A stretch of 64,000 nucleotides of DNA from an uncultured Clostridia bacterium (GTDB lineage Bacteria > Bacillota > Clostridia > Oscillospirales > Ruminococcaceae): contig CALXHB010000025.1 of the NCBI GenBank assembly GCA_944387995.1, positions 5,458-69,457 on the forward strand. The letters run 5' to 3'. Both the position numbers and the translations under genes were made by a program. This document shows, in pieces, positions 34,119-45,573 of this stretch. The notes under the pieces are model-generated. The model saw only the letters and a list, made by a program, of their open reading frames with translations. It did no database searches and was not told where the DNA came from. The stretch's first letter is position 1. Each line of letters opens with the position of its first letter.

Positions 34119-34529
34119 TTAGCAGCCGCAGCCGGAGCAGCTGGAGCAGCTGCCGGTGCAGGAGGATTCGACATCAACGGTGTCCACATCCTGGCCATTG
34201 ACAGCAGCCTGCATGATGACGTTGATCTTCTGCATGATCTCTTCCACGTCCTGCTTGGCGATGTTGTAGTCCATCATGTGAGAATTTCCCATGACATCGG
34301 TGTAGACCTTCTGGAGCTGGGTGTTCAGCTCGGCAACTTTGGCGTCGTCCTTCTCGGTCTTGGCGTTTTCCTGGGTCAGGTTCATCCGGACCAGGTTGAA
34401 ATCGCCGATCAGCTCCTGGAGGGAAGCGTCTTCGTCGCAGGCCTTTTCAGCGGCCTTCATGGCGGTGTACTGAGGGGTGTTCTGGATAGCGCGGCCCAGT
34501 TCCCGGGCGGCGGTAATCGGATCCATCAT
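34119..34529 (-). CDS. YlbF/YmcA family protein with Cys-rich C-terminal tail
   Basis: 136 aa. A helical YlbF-like body (AARELGRAIQNTPQYTAMKAAE...) ending in ESSCTGSCSSCSGCGC. Confidence 0.65.
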   Translation of the reverse strand: MMDPITAARELGRAIQNTPQYTAMKAAEKACDEDASLQELIGDFNLVRMNLTQENAKTEKDDAKVAELNTQLQKVYTDVMGNSHMMDYNIAKQDVEEIMQKINVIMQAAVNGQDVDTVDVESSCTGSCSSCSGCGC

Positions 34530-34642
34530 CGTATTTACTTTCCTTTCTGTTTATGGGTTTTAGTATATCTATCTGTAACCCGCCGGACGCATTTTATACC
34601 CGGCGGAAAACATGCGTAAAGGAGGGAAAAACGTCCTTTTGG

Positions 34643-36070
34643 TCAGCGAATCTCGCCGGCCAGGGCAAAGTTTGCAGATTTTATGACCGTCACCGGGACA
34701 AACTGCCCGATGAGTCTGGGGTCGCCGAAGAAGTCGATGACCATTCCCTCTTCGGTCCGGCCCATCAGCAGCGCTTTTCCCGCCGGGACCGGCTGGTCCG
34801 AGAGGATGCCCTTTTCCTTGCCGTACCCTTCGCAGAGGATCTTTACCGTCTGACCGGTCATCCGGTCATAGAGCTTCATCCCACATTCCTTCTGGACGGC
34901 CAGCAGTTCCTGGAACCACTTAGACTTCTCCGCCGCGGGGACCGGGTCGTCCATCTGAGCTGCCCGGGTGCCGGGCCGGGGAGAAAAGATAAAGGTAAAG
35001 AGGGACTGGTACCCGACCTCCCGGATGAGGGAAAGGGTCTCTTCAAACTCCTCCCGGGTCTCGCCGGGAAAGCCGACGATGATGTCGCTGGTAAAATGCA
35101 GGCCGGGGATCTTCTCCTTGGCGTAGCGGACAATCTCCAGATACTGCTCCCGGGTATAGTGGCGGTTCATCGCCTTCAGCACCCGGTCGTTGCCCGACTG
35201 AACCGGCAGGTGGAGGGAGTTGCAGATTTTGGGGTTGCGGGCCATTGTGTCGATGAGCTTTCTGGTGCAGTCCCGGGGGTGGGAGGTCATAAACCGCACC
35301 CAGAAGTCGCCGGGGATATTCGCCACCGCCTCCAGCAGTTCCGGGAAGTCCATCCCCTCTTCCCCGTTTTTGCCGTAGGAGTTGACATTCTGCCCCAGAA
35401 GGGTGATCTCCTTGTAGCCGGCCTCCACCAGTGAACGGGCCTCCTGCAAGACGTCCTCCGGCCGGCGGGAACGTTCCCGGCCCCGCACCAGAGGTACCAC
35501 GCAGTAGGTGCAGAAATTGTTGCAGCCGTACATAATCGGCAGTCCCGCCCGGACCTTGTCTTCCCGGAGGGTGGGGATGCCTTCGGCGATGACCCCGTCG
35601 ATATCTTCGGTATCATAGACCCGCTTGCGCTGGCCGGGGACGGCGTGCAGGAGGGTCTCGTGGAGCAGCTGGGGCAGTTTATAGAGGGCGTGGGGCCCAA
35701 ACACCAGGTCAACGCCGGGGAAGGAGCGGCGAAGCTTGTCCGAAACCTCTTTCTGCTGGGCCATACAGCCACAGAGGGCGATCAGCATATCCCGCCGGAG
35801 TTCCTTTTGGTGGGTCGCCTGGCCCAGGATGCCGAAGACCTTCTGTTCGGCATTTTCCCGGATGGCGCAGGTGTTGTAAAGGGCAATGTCCGCCTCCTCC
35901 ACCGATTCGGTGAAGGTGCAGCCCATCTCAGCCAACATGCCTTTGATCTTTTCGCCGTCGTCCATATTCTGGGCGCAGCCAAACGCCCGGACCAGGGCCT
36001 TGGGGCTGCGGCCATAGCGGTTTTCCAACAGCCGCTTATTTTCGGCGCAAAACGCCCGCTGGGCCTCCAT
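34643..36070 (-). CDS. miaB: tRNA-i6A37 methylthiotransferase MiaB
   Basis: UPF0004 N-terminal domain (FGCAQNMDD), radical SAM CNNFCTYC, and a TRAM C-terminus. ATG 36070 with a GGGGAG RBS is preferred over TTG 36100. Confidence 0.85.
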   Translation of the reverse strand: MEAQRAFCAENKRLLENRYGRSPKALVRAFGCAQNMDDGEKIKGMLAEMGCTFTESVEEADIALYNTCAIRENAEQKVFGILGQATHQKELRRDMLIALCGCMAQQKEVSDKLRRSFPGVDLVFGPHALYKLPQLLHETLLHAVPGQRKRVYDTEDIDGVIAEGIPTLREDKVRAGLPIMYGCNNFCTYCVVPLVRGRERSRRPEDVLQEARSLVEAGYKEITLLGQNVNSYGKNGEEGMDFPELLEAVANIPGDFWVRFMTSHPRDCTRKLIDTMARNPKICNSLHLPVQSGNDRVLKAMNRHYTREQYLEIVRYAKEKIPGLHFTSDIIVGFPGETREEFEETLSLIREVGYQSLFTFIFSPRPGTRAAQMDDPVPAAEKSKWFQELLAVQKECGMKLYDRMTGQTVKILCEGYGKEKGILSDQPVPAGKALLMGRTEEGMVIDFFGDPRLIGQFVPVTVIKSANFALAGEIR

Positions 36071-36352
36071 TTCAAGCTCCCCGATATGCTGAATGCTCAA
36101 GTTCTAAACGCTCCCATCTGATCGTGGTCGAATTCTGTACCCCTTATTATAACCGGAGAATGGGCGGGTGTCAAGGTGAGAGGGTTCCCAATGGCTGGCA
36201 GCGGCCCCGGACAAAGGGCTCTTTTCAGAAAATCGTCCGACACAAACCGAAAAATGTCCCTTTCCAACCGGCAAAAAAGGAAATATAATGAACATAAAGA
36301 AAATTTTGCCGAAAAGAAAAGGCAAACAACGTCAAAATAAGGAGGTACCCCT

Positions 36353-37177
36353 ATGACCATTCAGCAAGTTATTGACAAGATCATCGCCTACCACCCGGAC
36401 CTCGGTGAACGGGCGGCCACCACCTGCGACACCGTCAAATACGGCGACACATCCGGGGAATGTACCGGTGTCGCCACCGCCATCTACCCCTCTCCCGACG
36501 TCATCCGAGCGGCCCACGAGGCGGGATGTAATCTGCTCCTGGTCCACGAGCCCTCCTTCTACACCCACATGGACCCGCTGGACTGGCTGAAAGAGAACTC
36601 GGTGGCCCAGAAAAAGATGGCGCTGCTGGACGAGTACGGGATGGTCATCTTTCGAGACCACGACCGCATCCACACCCACATTCCCGACGGCATCTTCTAC
36701 GGCGTGCTCCACGAACTGGGCTGGCTCTCTTACGCCGATCAGGATATCAACCAGCCCCGAGACCGCACCAATCCCGTCTTTATGACCCTGACGCTGCCGG
36801 ATATTCCCGTGGCTGAAGTAGCGGCGCTGATTAAAGAAAAGCTGGGACTGCAGTCCCTCCGCTTTACCGGCAACCCCGGCACCATCGTCCACAAAGCGGC
36901 GTTTGCCGGTCACCTCTTTCCGGGGGCGGAAAAACTGATCGAGTTTATCGACCGGGAGAAGATCGACCTGCTAATTCCCGGGGAGATCATCGACTGGGAA
37001 GTCCCCTGCTACTTTAAGGACGCGGGACAGATGGGAATGAACAAGGCCTGCCTCCACCTCGGTCACTTCAACATGGAGGAACTGGGGATGAAGTACGCCG
37101 TCAACTGGCTGAAACCGATGGTCGGGGATATTCCGGTGGTTTACTGCCCCAATGAAGATATGTACCGGTATTTTTGA
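36353..37177 (+). CDS. Nif3-like dinuclear metal centre protein
   Basis: 274 aa. ...AAHEAGCNLLLVHEPSFY... and a C-terminal HFNMEE pattern. AAGGAGG RBS. Confidence 0.7.
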   Translation: MTIQQVIDKIIAYHPDLGERAATTCDTVKYGDTSGECTGVATAIYPSPDVIRAAHEAGCNLLLVHEPSFYTHMDPLDWLKENSVAQKKMALLDEYGMVIFRDHDRIHTHIPDGIFYGVLHELGWLSYADQDINQPRDRTNPVFMTLTLPDIPVAEVAALIKEKLGLQSLRFTGNPGTIVHKAAFAGHLFPGAEKLIEFIDREKIDLLIPGEIIDWEVPCYFKDAGQMGMNKACLHLGHFNMEELGMKYAVNWLKPMVGDIPVVYCPNEDMYRYF

Positions 37178-37221
37178 TGTTTAGTAGGTTCCTTCGGTAT
37201 ATAAACTGTTTTTGACTAGAC

Positions 37222-37266
37222 AAAAAGCTCCTGCCGCTGAATCTCTCAGCAACAGGAGCTTTTCCT
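37222..37266. terminator. bidirectional intrinsic terminator
   Basis: AGCTCCTG..GCTGA-ATCTC-TCAGC..CAGGAGCT with flanking A- and T-runs between convergent genes. Confidence 0.75.
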
Positions 37267-37267
37267 T

Positions 37268-38224
37268 TTACACCTTAACCGGCTTGACCATCATCGTCGG
37301 GATGGTAGCCTCCACCAGAGAGGTACTGACCACCGCAGTTCCGTCCAGCGTCACCGACGCTGTCCCGGCCGCCGCCGCAAAGAGAGCGGCCTCTTTCGGG
37401 TCCCGTCCCATCTCCAGCGCGTAAAGGAAGGAAGCGAGGGTCGTGTCCCCTGCTCCGATGGTGGAGCGCACCTCCACCGGGGTGGGAATGATCCGGGTTC
37501 CCCCGCCGGAACCGACGTAGAGAAGCCCTTTAGGCCCCAACGACACCAGCACATGGGTGACGCTGTTGGCCAGCACCCGGGCGAATTTGATGATTGACTG
37601 TTCGGTCCGAAGGTCGGTGCCGCACATCATCCGGAATTCGGGGAGATTGGGCTTAATGAGGAAAGGCTGAATCTCCTGCATATCCTCCAGCTTAAAGACC
37701 GCCGAATCCAGAGCCACCTCGACATTCTCCCGCTTAAGGGACAGAATAAAGGCTTTATAGCCCTCCACTGTGATGCCGGGCGGAAGCGAACCGGCAAAAA
37801 TCAACAGGCAGCGCCCAGCTCCTGCGATTTCCTGCAAAATCCGGTCTTTGAGCTCGTGCATAGCTTTGGCGGGAACCGTGCAGCCAGCGCGGTTGACCTT
37901 CAGCACCCGTTTATCCGGGATGACCAGCGTCAGGTTTTCCCGGACGGCGCCGGGAATCTGGATAAAGTCGTAATCCACCCCGTCTTCCCGCAGAAGGGCG
38001 CCAAAAGTCTGGAAATTGTCGCTGCCGGCGACCCCAAGGCAGCGGCAGCCCTCATACCCATAGGAGGCCAGCACCCGGGAGATGTTGACCGCCTTACCAC
38101 CGGCATACACCTTTTCATCGGACGTCTTATTCGGTTCGGTAAAATCCAGGGTATGCACCCACAGCGTGACGTCCATCGCCGGGTTTAACGATACCGTGAT
38201 AATCCGGTTAAATAACTTTCCCAA
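37268..38224 (-). CDS. 1-phosphofructokinase / hexose kinase (PfkB family)
   Basis: ITVSLNPAMD N-terminus, GGKAVN, and C-terminal STIGAGDT. TTG start with a GAAGGGGG RBS. Confidence 0.8.
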   Translation of the reverse strand: MGKLFNRIITVSLNPAMDVTLWVHTLDFTEPNKTSDEKVYAGGKAVNISRVLASYGYEGCRCLGVAGSDNFQTFGALLREDGVDYDFIQIPGAVRENLTLVIPDKRVLKVNRAGCTVPAKAMHELKDRILQEIAGAGRCLLIFAGSLPPGITVEGYKAFILSLKRENVEVALDSAVFKLEDMQEIQPFLIKPNLPEFRMMCGTDLRTEQSIIKFARVLANSVTHVLVSLGPKGLLYVGSGGGTRIIPTPVEVRSTIGAGDTTLASFLYALEMGRDPKEAALFAAAAGTASVTLDGTAVVSTSLVEATIPTMMVKPVKV

Positions 38225-38252
38225 CAGATAACCCCCTTCAAGCAGGTAAGCG

Positions 38253-39653
38253 TTAGTCTGCGCGTTTGCGGACCTGGGTCCCCTGCCTGGTTTCTTTTAC
38301 CTCATAACCCTTGGCCTCGATCTGCGCCCGCAGTTCATCGGCCTTTGCAAAATCCTTTGCCTTCCGGGCAGCCGCTCTCGCGTCCACAAGGGCCTGTACC
38401 TCCGGCGGAATACCTTCCTCTTCCTTCTTGCCGTATACCAGCCCCAGGACCCCAGTCAGGGTGTCAAAGAGCTCCTTCATGGCGGTCAGCTTTTCCTTGG
38501 GCAGCGGGCTTTCTTTCACCGTCGTGTTGATGTCCCGGGCCAGCTCGAAGATGACCGACAGGGCGTCGGCGGTGTTGAGGTCGTCGTCCATATACTGGTT
38601 AAACCGCTGCTGGTAGGTTTCCAGCGCCTTTTTATCCTCGTCGGTAAAGGGAGCGCTCACCGCGTGGGGAAGAGCCGCCTCCAGACCGTCCTTGCAGTTG
38701 TGGAGCCGCTCCAGGCTGGAAACGCACTGGGCCATGACGTCCACCGAGTAGTTGATGGGGCTGCGGTAGTGGGACTGGAGCATCAGGTAGCGGATGGGTT
38801 CATACCCATAGACCCCTGCCACATCCCGGACGGTGAAGAAGTTGTTTAAGGACTTGCTCATCTTCACCTTGTCGACGGTGATAAAGCCGTTGTGCATCCA
38901 GTAGTGGGCAAAGGGCTTGCCGTTGGCCGCCTCCGACTGGGCGATCTCATTCTCGTGGTGGGGGAAGATCAGGTCCTCGCCGCCGCAGTGGATGTCAATG
39001 GTGTCCCCGAGGATGGTCTTAGCCATCGTCGAGCACTCAATGTGCCAGCCGGGCCGTCCCTCCGACCAGGGAGAAGGCCAGTGGGGTTCGCCAGGCTTAG
39101 CGGCCTTCCAAAGGGCAAAGTCGGCGGGATGTTCCTTCAAGTCCCCGACCTCGACCCGGATACCGGCTTCCAGATCTTCCAGCGGCTGATGGGAGAGCTT
39201 GCCGTACTCGGGGAAACTGTGGGTGCGGTAGTAGACGTCTCCGCCCGCTTCATAGGCAAAACCTTTGTCAACGAGGGTCTGGACAAACTGGACGATCTCG
39301 TTCATCATCTTGGTGACCTGGGGATGGTAGTCGGCGGGCATGACATTCAGCCCGGCGGCGTCCTTTTTATATTCGGCGATGTACCGTTCGGAAATAACCG
39401 AAGCGTCCACCCCTTCTTCGTTGGCCCGGCGGATGATCTTGTCGTCGACGTCGGTGAAGTTCTGGACATAGGTCACCTTATACCCCCGATAGGTCAGATA
39501 CCGCCGCAGGGTATCAAAAACACAGATCGGACGGGCGTTGCCCAGATGAATCAGGTTGTACACGGTCGGGCCGCAGGCGTAGATGGAAACCTCTCCGGGG
39601 CGGATGGTTTTCAGTTCCTCTTCCTGACGGGTCATGGTATTGTATATTTTCAT
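38253..39653 (-). CDS. cysS: cysteine--tRNA ligase
   Basis: 466 aa. HLGNAR (HIGH) and KMSKS motifs are both present. Confidence 0.95.
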   Translation of the reverse strand: MKIYNTMTRQEEELKTIRPGEVSIYACGPTVYNLIHLGNARPICVFDTLRRYLTYRGYKVTYVQNFTDVDDKIIRRANEEGVDASVISERYIAEYKKDAAGLNVMPADYHPQVTKMMNEIVQFVQTLVDKGFAYEAGGDVYYRTHSFPEYGKLSHQPLEDLEAGIRVEVGDLKEHPADFALWKAAKPGEPHWPSPWSEGRPGWHIECSTMAKTILGDTIDIHCGGEDLIFPHHENEIAQSEAANGKPFAHYWMHNGFITVDKVKMSKSLNNFFTVRDVAGVYGYEPIRYLMLQSHYRSPINYSVDVMAQCVSSLERLHNCKDGLEAALPHAVSAPFTDEDKKALETYQQRFNQYMDDDLNTADALSVIFELARDINTTVKESPLPKEKLTAMKELFDTLTGVLGLVYGKKEEEGIPPEVQALVDARAAARKAKDFAKADELRAQIEAKGYEVKETRQGTQVRKRAD

Positions 39654-39737
39654 TTATGGCATCCTTTCTCGGTTTTGCCGTTTTTTTCTTTATCATGGCT
39701 GGATGGACCAGGAGCATAACCCCTGGTCCTCCGCTTT

Positions 39738-40406
39738 TTATTTTTGGGTAGCTTCCCGCAGGGTTCGATTCTCCTCTTCCAGCCGGCCGACCCGTTCGCT
39801 CAGGACCTCCAGCTGCTTTTGCAGGTCGGAAAATTCCATTCCCACCGGGTCGGGCATATGAATCTGGTCGAGATCCTGGGTAACCCGGACGCCGTCCAGT
39901 TTGACCACCTGGGCGGGGACACCGACCGCAGTGGCGTTGGGGGGGATTTCCTTGAGGACCACCGCTCCGGCGGCGATCTTGGAATTATCCCCGATGGTAA
40001 AGGGGCCGAGCACCTTGGCCCCGGAACCGACGGTGACGTTTTTGCCCAGCGTCGGGTGGCGTTTGCCGGCGTCTTTGCCGGTGCCCCCGAGAGTCACCCC
40101 CTGATAGAGGGTGCATCCATCCCCCACTTCGGCGGTTTCACCGATGACAATTCCGCAGCCGTGGTCGATAAATACCCCTGTGCCGATTTTGGCGCCGGGA
40201 TGAATTTCAACCCCCGTGCGAAACTTCGCGTACTGGGAGATAAAGCGGGCAAGGAAGAAATGTTTATGATGATACAGCCAATAGGCCGGCCGGTGGAGCA
40301 TAATTGCGTGGAGCCCCGAATAGAGCAGCAGCACTTCGAAGGTGCTGCGGGCTGCGGGGTCCCGCTCCTTGACGGCGCGGACATCGGCGCGCAGGCGGTC
40401 AAGCAT
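39738..40406 (-). CDS. cysE: serine O-acetyltransferase
   Basis: Left-handed beta-helix hexapeptide repeats (GAKIGTGVFIDHGCGIVIGETAEVGD...) on a SAT N-terminal helical domain. Upstream of cysS. Confidence 0.9.
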   Translation of the reverse strand: MLDRLRADVRAVKERDPAARSTFEVLLLYSGLHAIMLHRPAYWLYHHKHFFLARFISQYAKFRTGVEIHPGAKIGTGVFIDHGCGIVIGETAEVGDGCTLYQGVTLGGTGKDAGKRHPTLGKNVTVGSGAKVLGPFTIGDNSKIAAGAVVLKEIPPNATAVGVPAQVVKLDGVRVTQDLDQIHMPDPVGMEFSDLQKQLEVLSERVGRLEEENRTLREATQK

Positions 40407-40419
40407 GATTATTCCTTTC

Positions 40420-40630
40420 TGTCGGGTGGTTAAAGGGCCTATCTACCCCTTCAACACCCAAAGACCGCCGGTTTAAAGGTGACAACCGGACGGCGCTGGT
40501 TCCATATCGGCATCGTGCGCCTCCTGTGGTTATAGATCGTGGTTTTATCCGGCCTCCCGGCCGGTATCGGTATACGGCAGTATATGCTTCCGGCGCCGTT
40601 CAGTTCCAATGAAGGGGGAGCGGCCTATCC
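40420..40630 (-). promoter_or_regulatory. probable T-box-type leader of cysE-cysS (variant core)
   Basis: Minus strand has TATGGAACCAGCGCC (40492-40506) overlapping the 5' arm of the hairpin GCCGTCCGGTT...AACCGGCGGTC followed by TTT. I could not assign Stem I features. Confidence 0.45.
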
Positions 40631-40636
40631 GGAATT

Positions 40637-41203
40637 TTACATCGAACCGGTGAAAACCTCCCGGTTCTGAACTAGGTATTCGACACCCGAGTAGATGGTG
40701 AGAACCCCACAGATCCAGATGAGGATGTTGCTGACCAACGCCATCGGGAAAGCTCCCGGCATGACGCCAAAGTCCGCCACCGCTAAAAGCAACAGAATCG
40801 CCACAATCGACACCATCGTGACCGCCGTTTTAACCTTGCCGGACTTTCCGGCGGCGATAACCTTGCCTTTGCTGGCCGCCACCATCCGCATCGAGCTGAC
40901 CAGGAATTCTCTAGCCATCATGATGACCACCGCCACCGGCGACGCAAGCCCTAGGGAGATGAAAGAGATCAGCGCCGCAAAAACCAGCACCTTATCCGCC
41001 ACCGGGTCAAGGAACTTCCCAAAGTCGGTAATCAGCCCCCGGCTGCGGGCAATATGGCCGTCCAGCGCGTCGGTAATGGAAGCCACCGCGAAGACAATCA
41101 GCGCCCAAAGCCCATGGAACGGAATCCCGTCCACCAGCAAGAAGAGAAGAAAAAACGGCACCAGAATGACCCGCAGCAGAGTCAGTTTATTGGGCAGGTT
41201 CAT
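40637..41203 (-). CDS. pgsA: CDP-diacylglycerol--glycerol-3-phosphate 3-phosphatidyltransferase
   Basis: MNLPNKLTLLRV start and the CDP-alcohol phosphatidyltransferase motif DALDGHIAR...G...D..ADK. Confidence 0.9.
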   Translation of the reverse strand: MNLPNKLTLLRVILVPFFLLFLLVDGIPFHGLWALIVFAVASITDALDGHIARSRGLITDFGKFLDPVADKVLVFAALISFISLGLASPVAVVIMMAREFLVSSMRMVAASKGKVIAAGKSGKVKTAVTMVSIVAILLLLAVADFGVMPGAFPMALVSNILIWICGVLTIYSGVEYLVQNREVFTGSM

Positions 41204-41206
41204 CTT

Positions 41207-42589
41207 TTATTCCTCCGTTTTCGGTTCCTCCGCCAGGCCCTCCGCCTCAGAATCCTCGGCGTTTTCGCCCAGCAGGTCGATGTCCATCATATCGGTCAGC
41301 CTTACCTTCAGATACTCGCCCATATAGGGACGGCGGTGGGAGGTAAAGAAGATCTTTCCGTCGATTTCGGGGGCCTCTTCGGCGCTGCGGCCGTAGTAGC
41401 ACTCGGCGTATTTATCCCAGCCTTCGGTGACCACTTCAACCACCTGGCCCAGCCGTTTCTCGCTCTTGGCTACCGAAATGTTATCCTGTTCCTGTTCGAC
41501 GATTTCCGCCCGGCGGACCCGTTCATCGGGATCAACCTGGTGTTCCATCATCGCGGCCCGGGTCCCTTCCTCCTCCGAATAGGGGAAGCAGCCCACATGG
41601 TCCAGCCGCAGGTCCCGTACAAACTGGGCGAGCTTTTTAAACTGGTCTTTCGGCTCGCCGGGGAAGCCGGCGATCAGGGAGGTCCGCAGAACGATACCGG
41701 GGATCTTCTCCCGAATCTTGCGGATCAGAGCCTTGTACTCCTTGCCGGACCCCGGCCGGTTCATCGCCTTGAGGATATCCGGGTCGCAGTGCTGCATCGG
41801 GATATCCAGGTATTTGACCAGCTTATCTTCCGACGCGATGGTGTCAATCAGTTCATCGGTAATCCGTTCGGGATAGGCATACAGCGTCCGAATCCAGTGG
41901 ATGCCGTCGATCTTGCACAGCTCCCGCAATAGAGCCGCCAGCTTGTACTCGCCGTACAGGTCCAGCCCATACCGGGTGGTGTCCTGGGCGACGACCACCA
42001 GCTCAGTCACCCCCTGAGCGGCCAGCCGTTTGGCCTCTTCGACGATATTCTCCATCGGTCTGGAGCGGAACCGTCCCCGAATCGAGGGAATCGCGCAGTA
42101 GGAGCAGCAGTTGTCGCACCCTTCGGCAATCTTTAAATAGGCGAAAAACGGCAGCGAATACAGCCGCCGTCCCCCTTCCAGCGGGAGCTGATCCTTGGGG
42201 GCCTTGCAGCGGAGAGTTTCCCCTGCCAGGGCCTTTTTCACCATCTCAACAATGTCCCCGTTACAGCCGATTCCGGCGATGACGTCCGCCTCCGGCATAC
42301 TTTCGGCGATATCCTCCAGATACCGTTCCGCCAGACACCCGGTGATGACGACCTTTTTAATCCGGCCTTCCTTTTTCAGGGTCAGAAACTCGTCGATATT
42401 CTCGATGGCTTCCTCCTTGGCACTGGTGATAAAGCCGCAGGTATTGATAATGACAACGTCGGCCAAACCCGGTTCCGTTTCCAGCTGGAACCCAGCCTCA
42501 GCCAGTTTGTCCAGCATCATTTCGGCGTCCACCTGGTTTTTCGGACATCCGAGGCTTACAAGCCCCACCTTAATCGGTTGTTCAGACAT
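41207..42589 (-). CDS. rimO: ribosomal protein S12 methylthiotransferase RimO
   Basis: Start refined to MSEQPIKVGLVSLGCPKNQVD. Radical SAM CDNCCSYC, a TRAM domain and an acidic C-terminal tail. Confidence 0.85.
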   Translation of the reverse strand: MSEQPIKVGLVSLGCPKNQVDAEMMLDKLAEAGFQLETEPGLADVVIINTCGFITSAKEEAIENIDEFLTLKKEGRIKKVVITGCLAERYLEDIAESMPEADVIAGIGCNGDIVEMVKKALAGETLRCKAPKDQLPLEGGRRLYSLPFFAYLKIAEGCDNCCSYCAIPSIRGRFRSRPMENIVEEAKRLAAQGVTELVVVAQDTTRYGLDLYGEYKLAALLRELCKIDGIHWIRTLYAYPERITDELIDTIASEDKLVKYLDIPMQHCDPDILKAMNRPGSGKEYKALIRKIREKIPGIVLRTSLIAGFPGEPKDQFKKLAQFVRDLRLDHVGCFPYSEEEGTRAAMMEHQVDPDERVRRAEIVEQEQDNISVAKSEKRLGQVVEVVTEGWDKYAECYYGRSAEEAPEIDGKIFFTSHRRPYMGEYLKVRLTDMMDIDLLGENAEDSEAEGLAEEPKTEE

Positions 42590-42623
42590 ATACATTCTCC
42601 TTATAAACGCCCATTCCCGGGCT

Positions 42624-43306
42624 TTAGTCTTCTTCCAGCTCCTGCCGCAGCCGTTCTTTGACCGCCTCGACGGCGGCCCGGGCTTCTCCAAATCCATGTC
42701 CCAGCCGCATCAGCCCCTGAATCGCACGGTTCTCCCCTTTGGAAAATCCGCCGCGGTTAAAGCCGCTCACCTGCGCCTCTTCCCCTGACTCCATTTCGTT
42801 AAGGAGGGCGCGTCCGTACTTTTTATAGGCCAGCTCTTCGATGGCCTCCTGATCGCTCTCCACCTCACCGGTGGCGGCGTCGATGGATTCCCGGGAGAAG
42901 CCCTTTTTCATCATCTCCTGGACAATCCGCCGGCGGCCGAAATGCTTGGTCTCACTTAAATACTGGGCATACCGGAGGGCATATTCATCCTCCTTCATCA
43001 GCCCCAGAGACTCCATTTCATCGGCAATCTTTTCGGCCGTCTCCCAGCCGACGCTGCGGGAGAGTTTGCGGGTCAGTTCATCTTTGGTGTGCTCCCGCTC
43101 TTCCAACAGGTAAAAGGCCCGTTCCCGACCCCGGCGGTAATCGGCGGCCGCCCGGACCTCGTCCAGAAAGGCCTGGTCCACCTGGAGTCCTTTGCGGAGG
43201 TGGAAATCGGCAATTAAGGTGTCCGCGAGGATATACCAGTATTCCCCGTCCACCTCTACCTTATAGCGGGAACCTTTCTCCCCATAACGGGAGATGCCGG
43301 TGATAA

Positions 43307-43310
<4 letters not shown>
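42624..43310 (-). CDS. recX: RecX regulatory protein
   Basis: 228 aa of helical-repeat protein. Its start overlaps the recA stop by 4 nt. Confidence 0.75.
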
Positions 43311-44566
<1,256 letters not shown>

Positions 44567-44685
44567 ACTGCAAGTCCTTCCTTTTCTATCGAGTCCTGTG
44601 CCTGTCCGATAACACTAGACAAACACCCTATTGCATCGGGAAATCAAAATCCGAAAGCCCGTCTCCCCAAAAAGGCGCAGAAGCC

Positions 44686-45573
44686 TTACGGTTTTCGGGC
44701 CGCTATTACTCTTATTATACCACTATAATCACGGGTTTGGCAAATGGTATTTAGCCCGGCCTCTTCCATCATCCGGCTGACCGCACCTTCCTGGCCGACG
44801 CCGATTTCATAGGCAAACAAACCGCCTTTTTTCAGCCGCGGCGCCCAAAGGGCGGTGAGCCGGCGGTAGAAGTACAGGCCGTCCGCCTCGCCGTAAAGGG
44901 CCATTGTCGGCTCGTAGGAAAGTTCCGGCTCCAGCTCCGCCATATCCTGAGCGTTTAGGTAGGGAGGATTAGCGAGAATACAGTCAAAGTCGCCGCTGAC
45001 GCAGTTCAGGTCAAAGGCGTCCCCCAGTACCCCGTGGACCTTTCCGCCGAGGGATTCATTATTGCGGACCAGATACCGGAAAGCCTCCTCCGACTTTTCG
45101 ACGCTCCAAACTTCCGCGTCCGGCCGTTCCAGCGACAGGGTGACCGCGAGACAGCCACTTCCGCCGCAGAGTTCCAGCGCCCGGGGAGAGGGAACCCCTT
45201 TCAGCCCCTCCAACACCTGTTCCATCAGCACTTCGGTGTCCGGCCGGGGAATCAAAACCCCTTCTCCCACCAAAAAGGGGCGGCCGAAAAAGTCCCAGCA
45301 TCCGAGGATATATTGAAGCGGCTCCCGGTTTAACCGCCGCCCCACCATGTCCAAAAGCTTCTGCCCGCCTCTCGGGTTGGCGGGGAGCTTTCCGCCCAGC
45401 AGGATGGCGGATTTGTCCACCCCATAGGCCGCCGTCAGCAGTTCCGCCGCCTCAAACTGCGGCGCGTCGGTGGCCGGTTCCAGCGCCCTGCGGACCGCCC
45501 GCTCCAACTGAGTGAAGGTCACCCCGGGCTGTTCCAGCAGGGAGGAGATCTCTTCCAGCGTCATTTCCCCCAT
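44686..45573 (-). CDS. prmC: peptide chain release factor N5-glutamine methyltransferase
   Basis: SAM motif LELCGGSG and catalytic NPPY. Confidence 0.85.
   Translation of the reverse strand: MGEMTLEEISSLLEQPGVTFTQLERAVRRALEPATDAPQFEAAELLTAAYGVDKSAILLGGKLPANPRGGQKLLDMVGRRLNREPLQYILGCWDFFGRPFLVGEGVLIPRPDTEVLMEQVLEGLKGVPSPRALELCGGSGCLAVTLSLERPDAEVWSVEKSEEAFRYLVRNNESLGGKVHGVLGDAFDLNCVSGDFDCILANPPYLNAQDMAELEPELSYEPTMALYGEADGLYFYRRLTALWAPRLKKGGLFAYEIGVGQEGAVSRMMEEAGLNTICQTRDYSGIIRVIAARKP

Noticed and set aside
44567-44685. Search for a LexA/Cheo SOS box upstream of recA.
   Set aside because: I found no GAAC-N4-GTTC-like palindrome by eye. This absence is noted but is weak evidence without a matrix scan.
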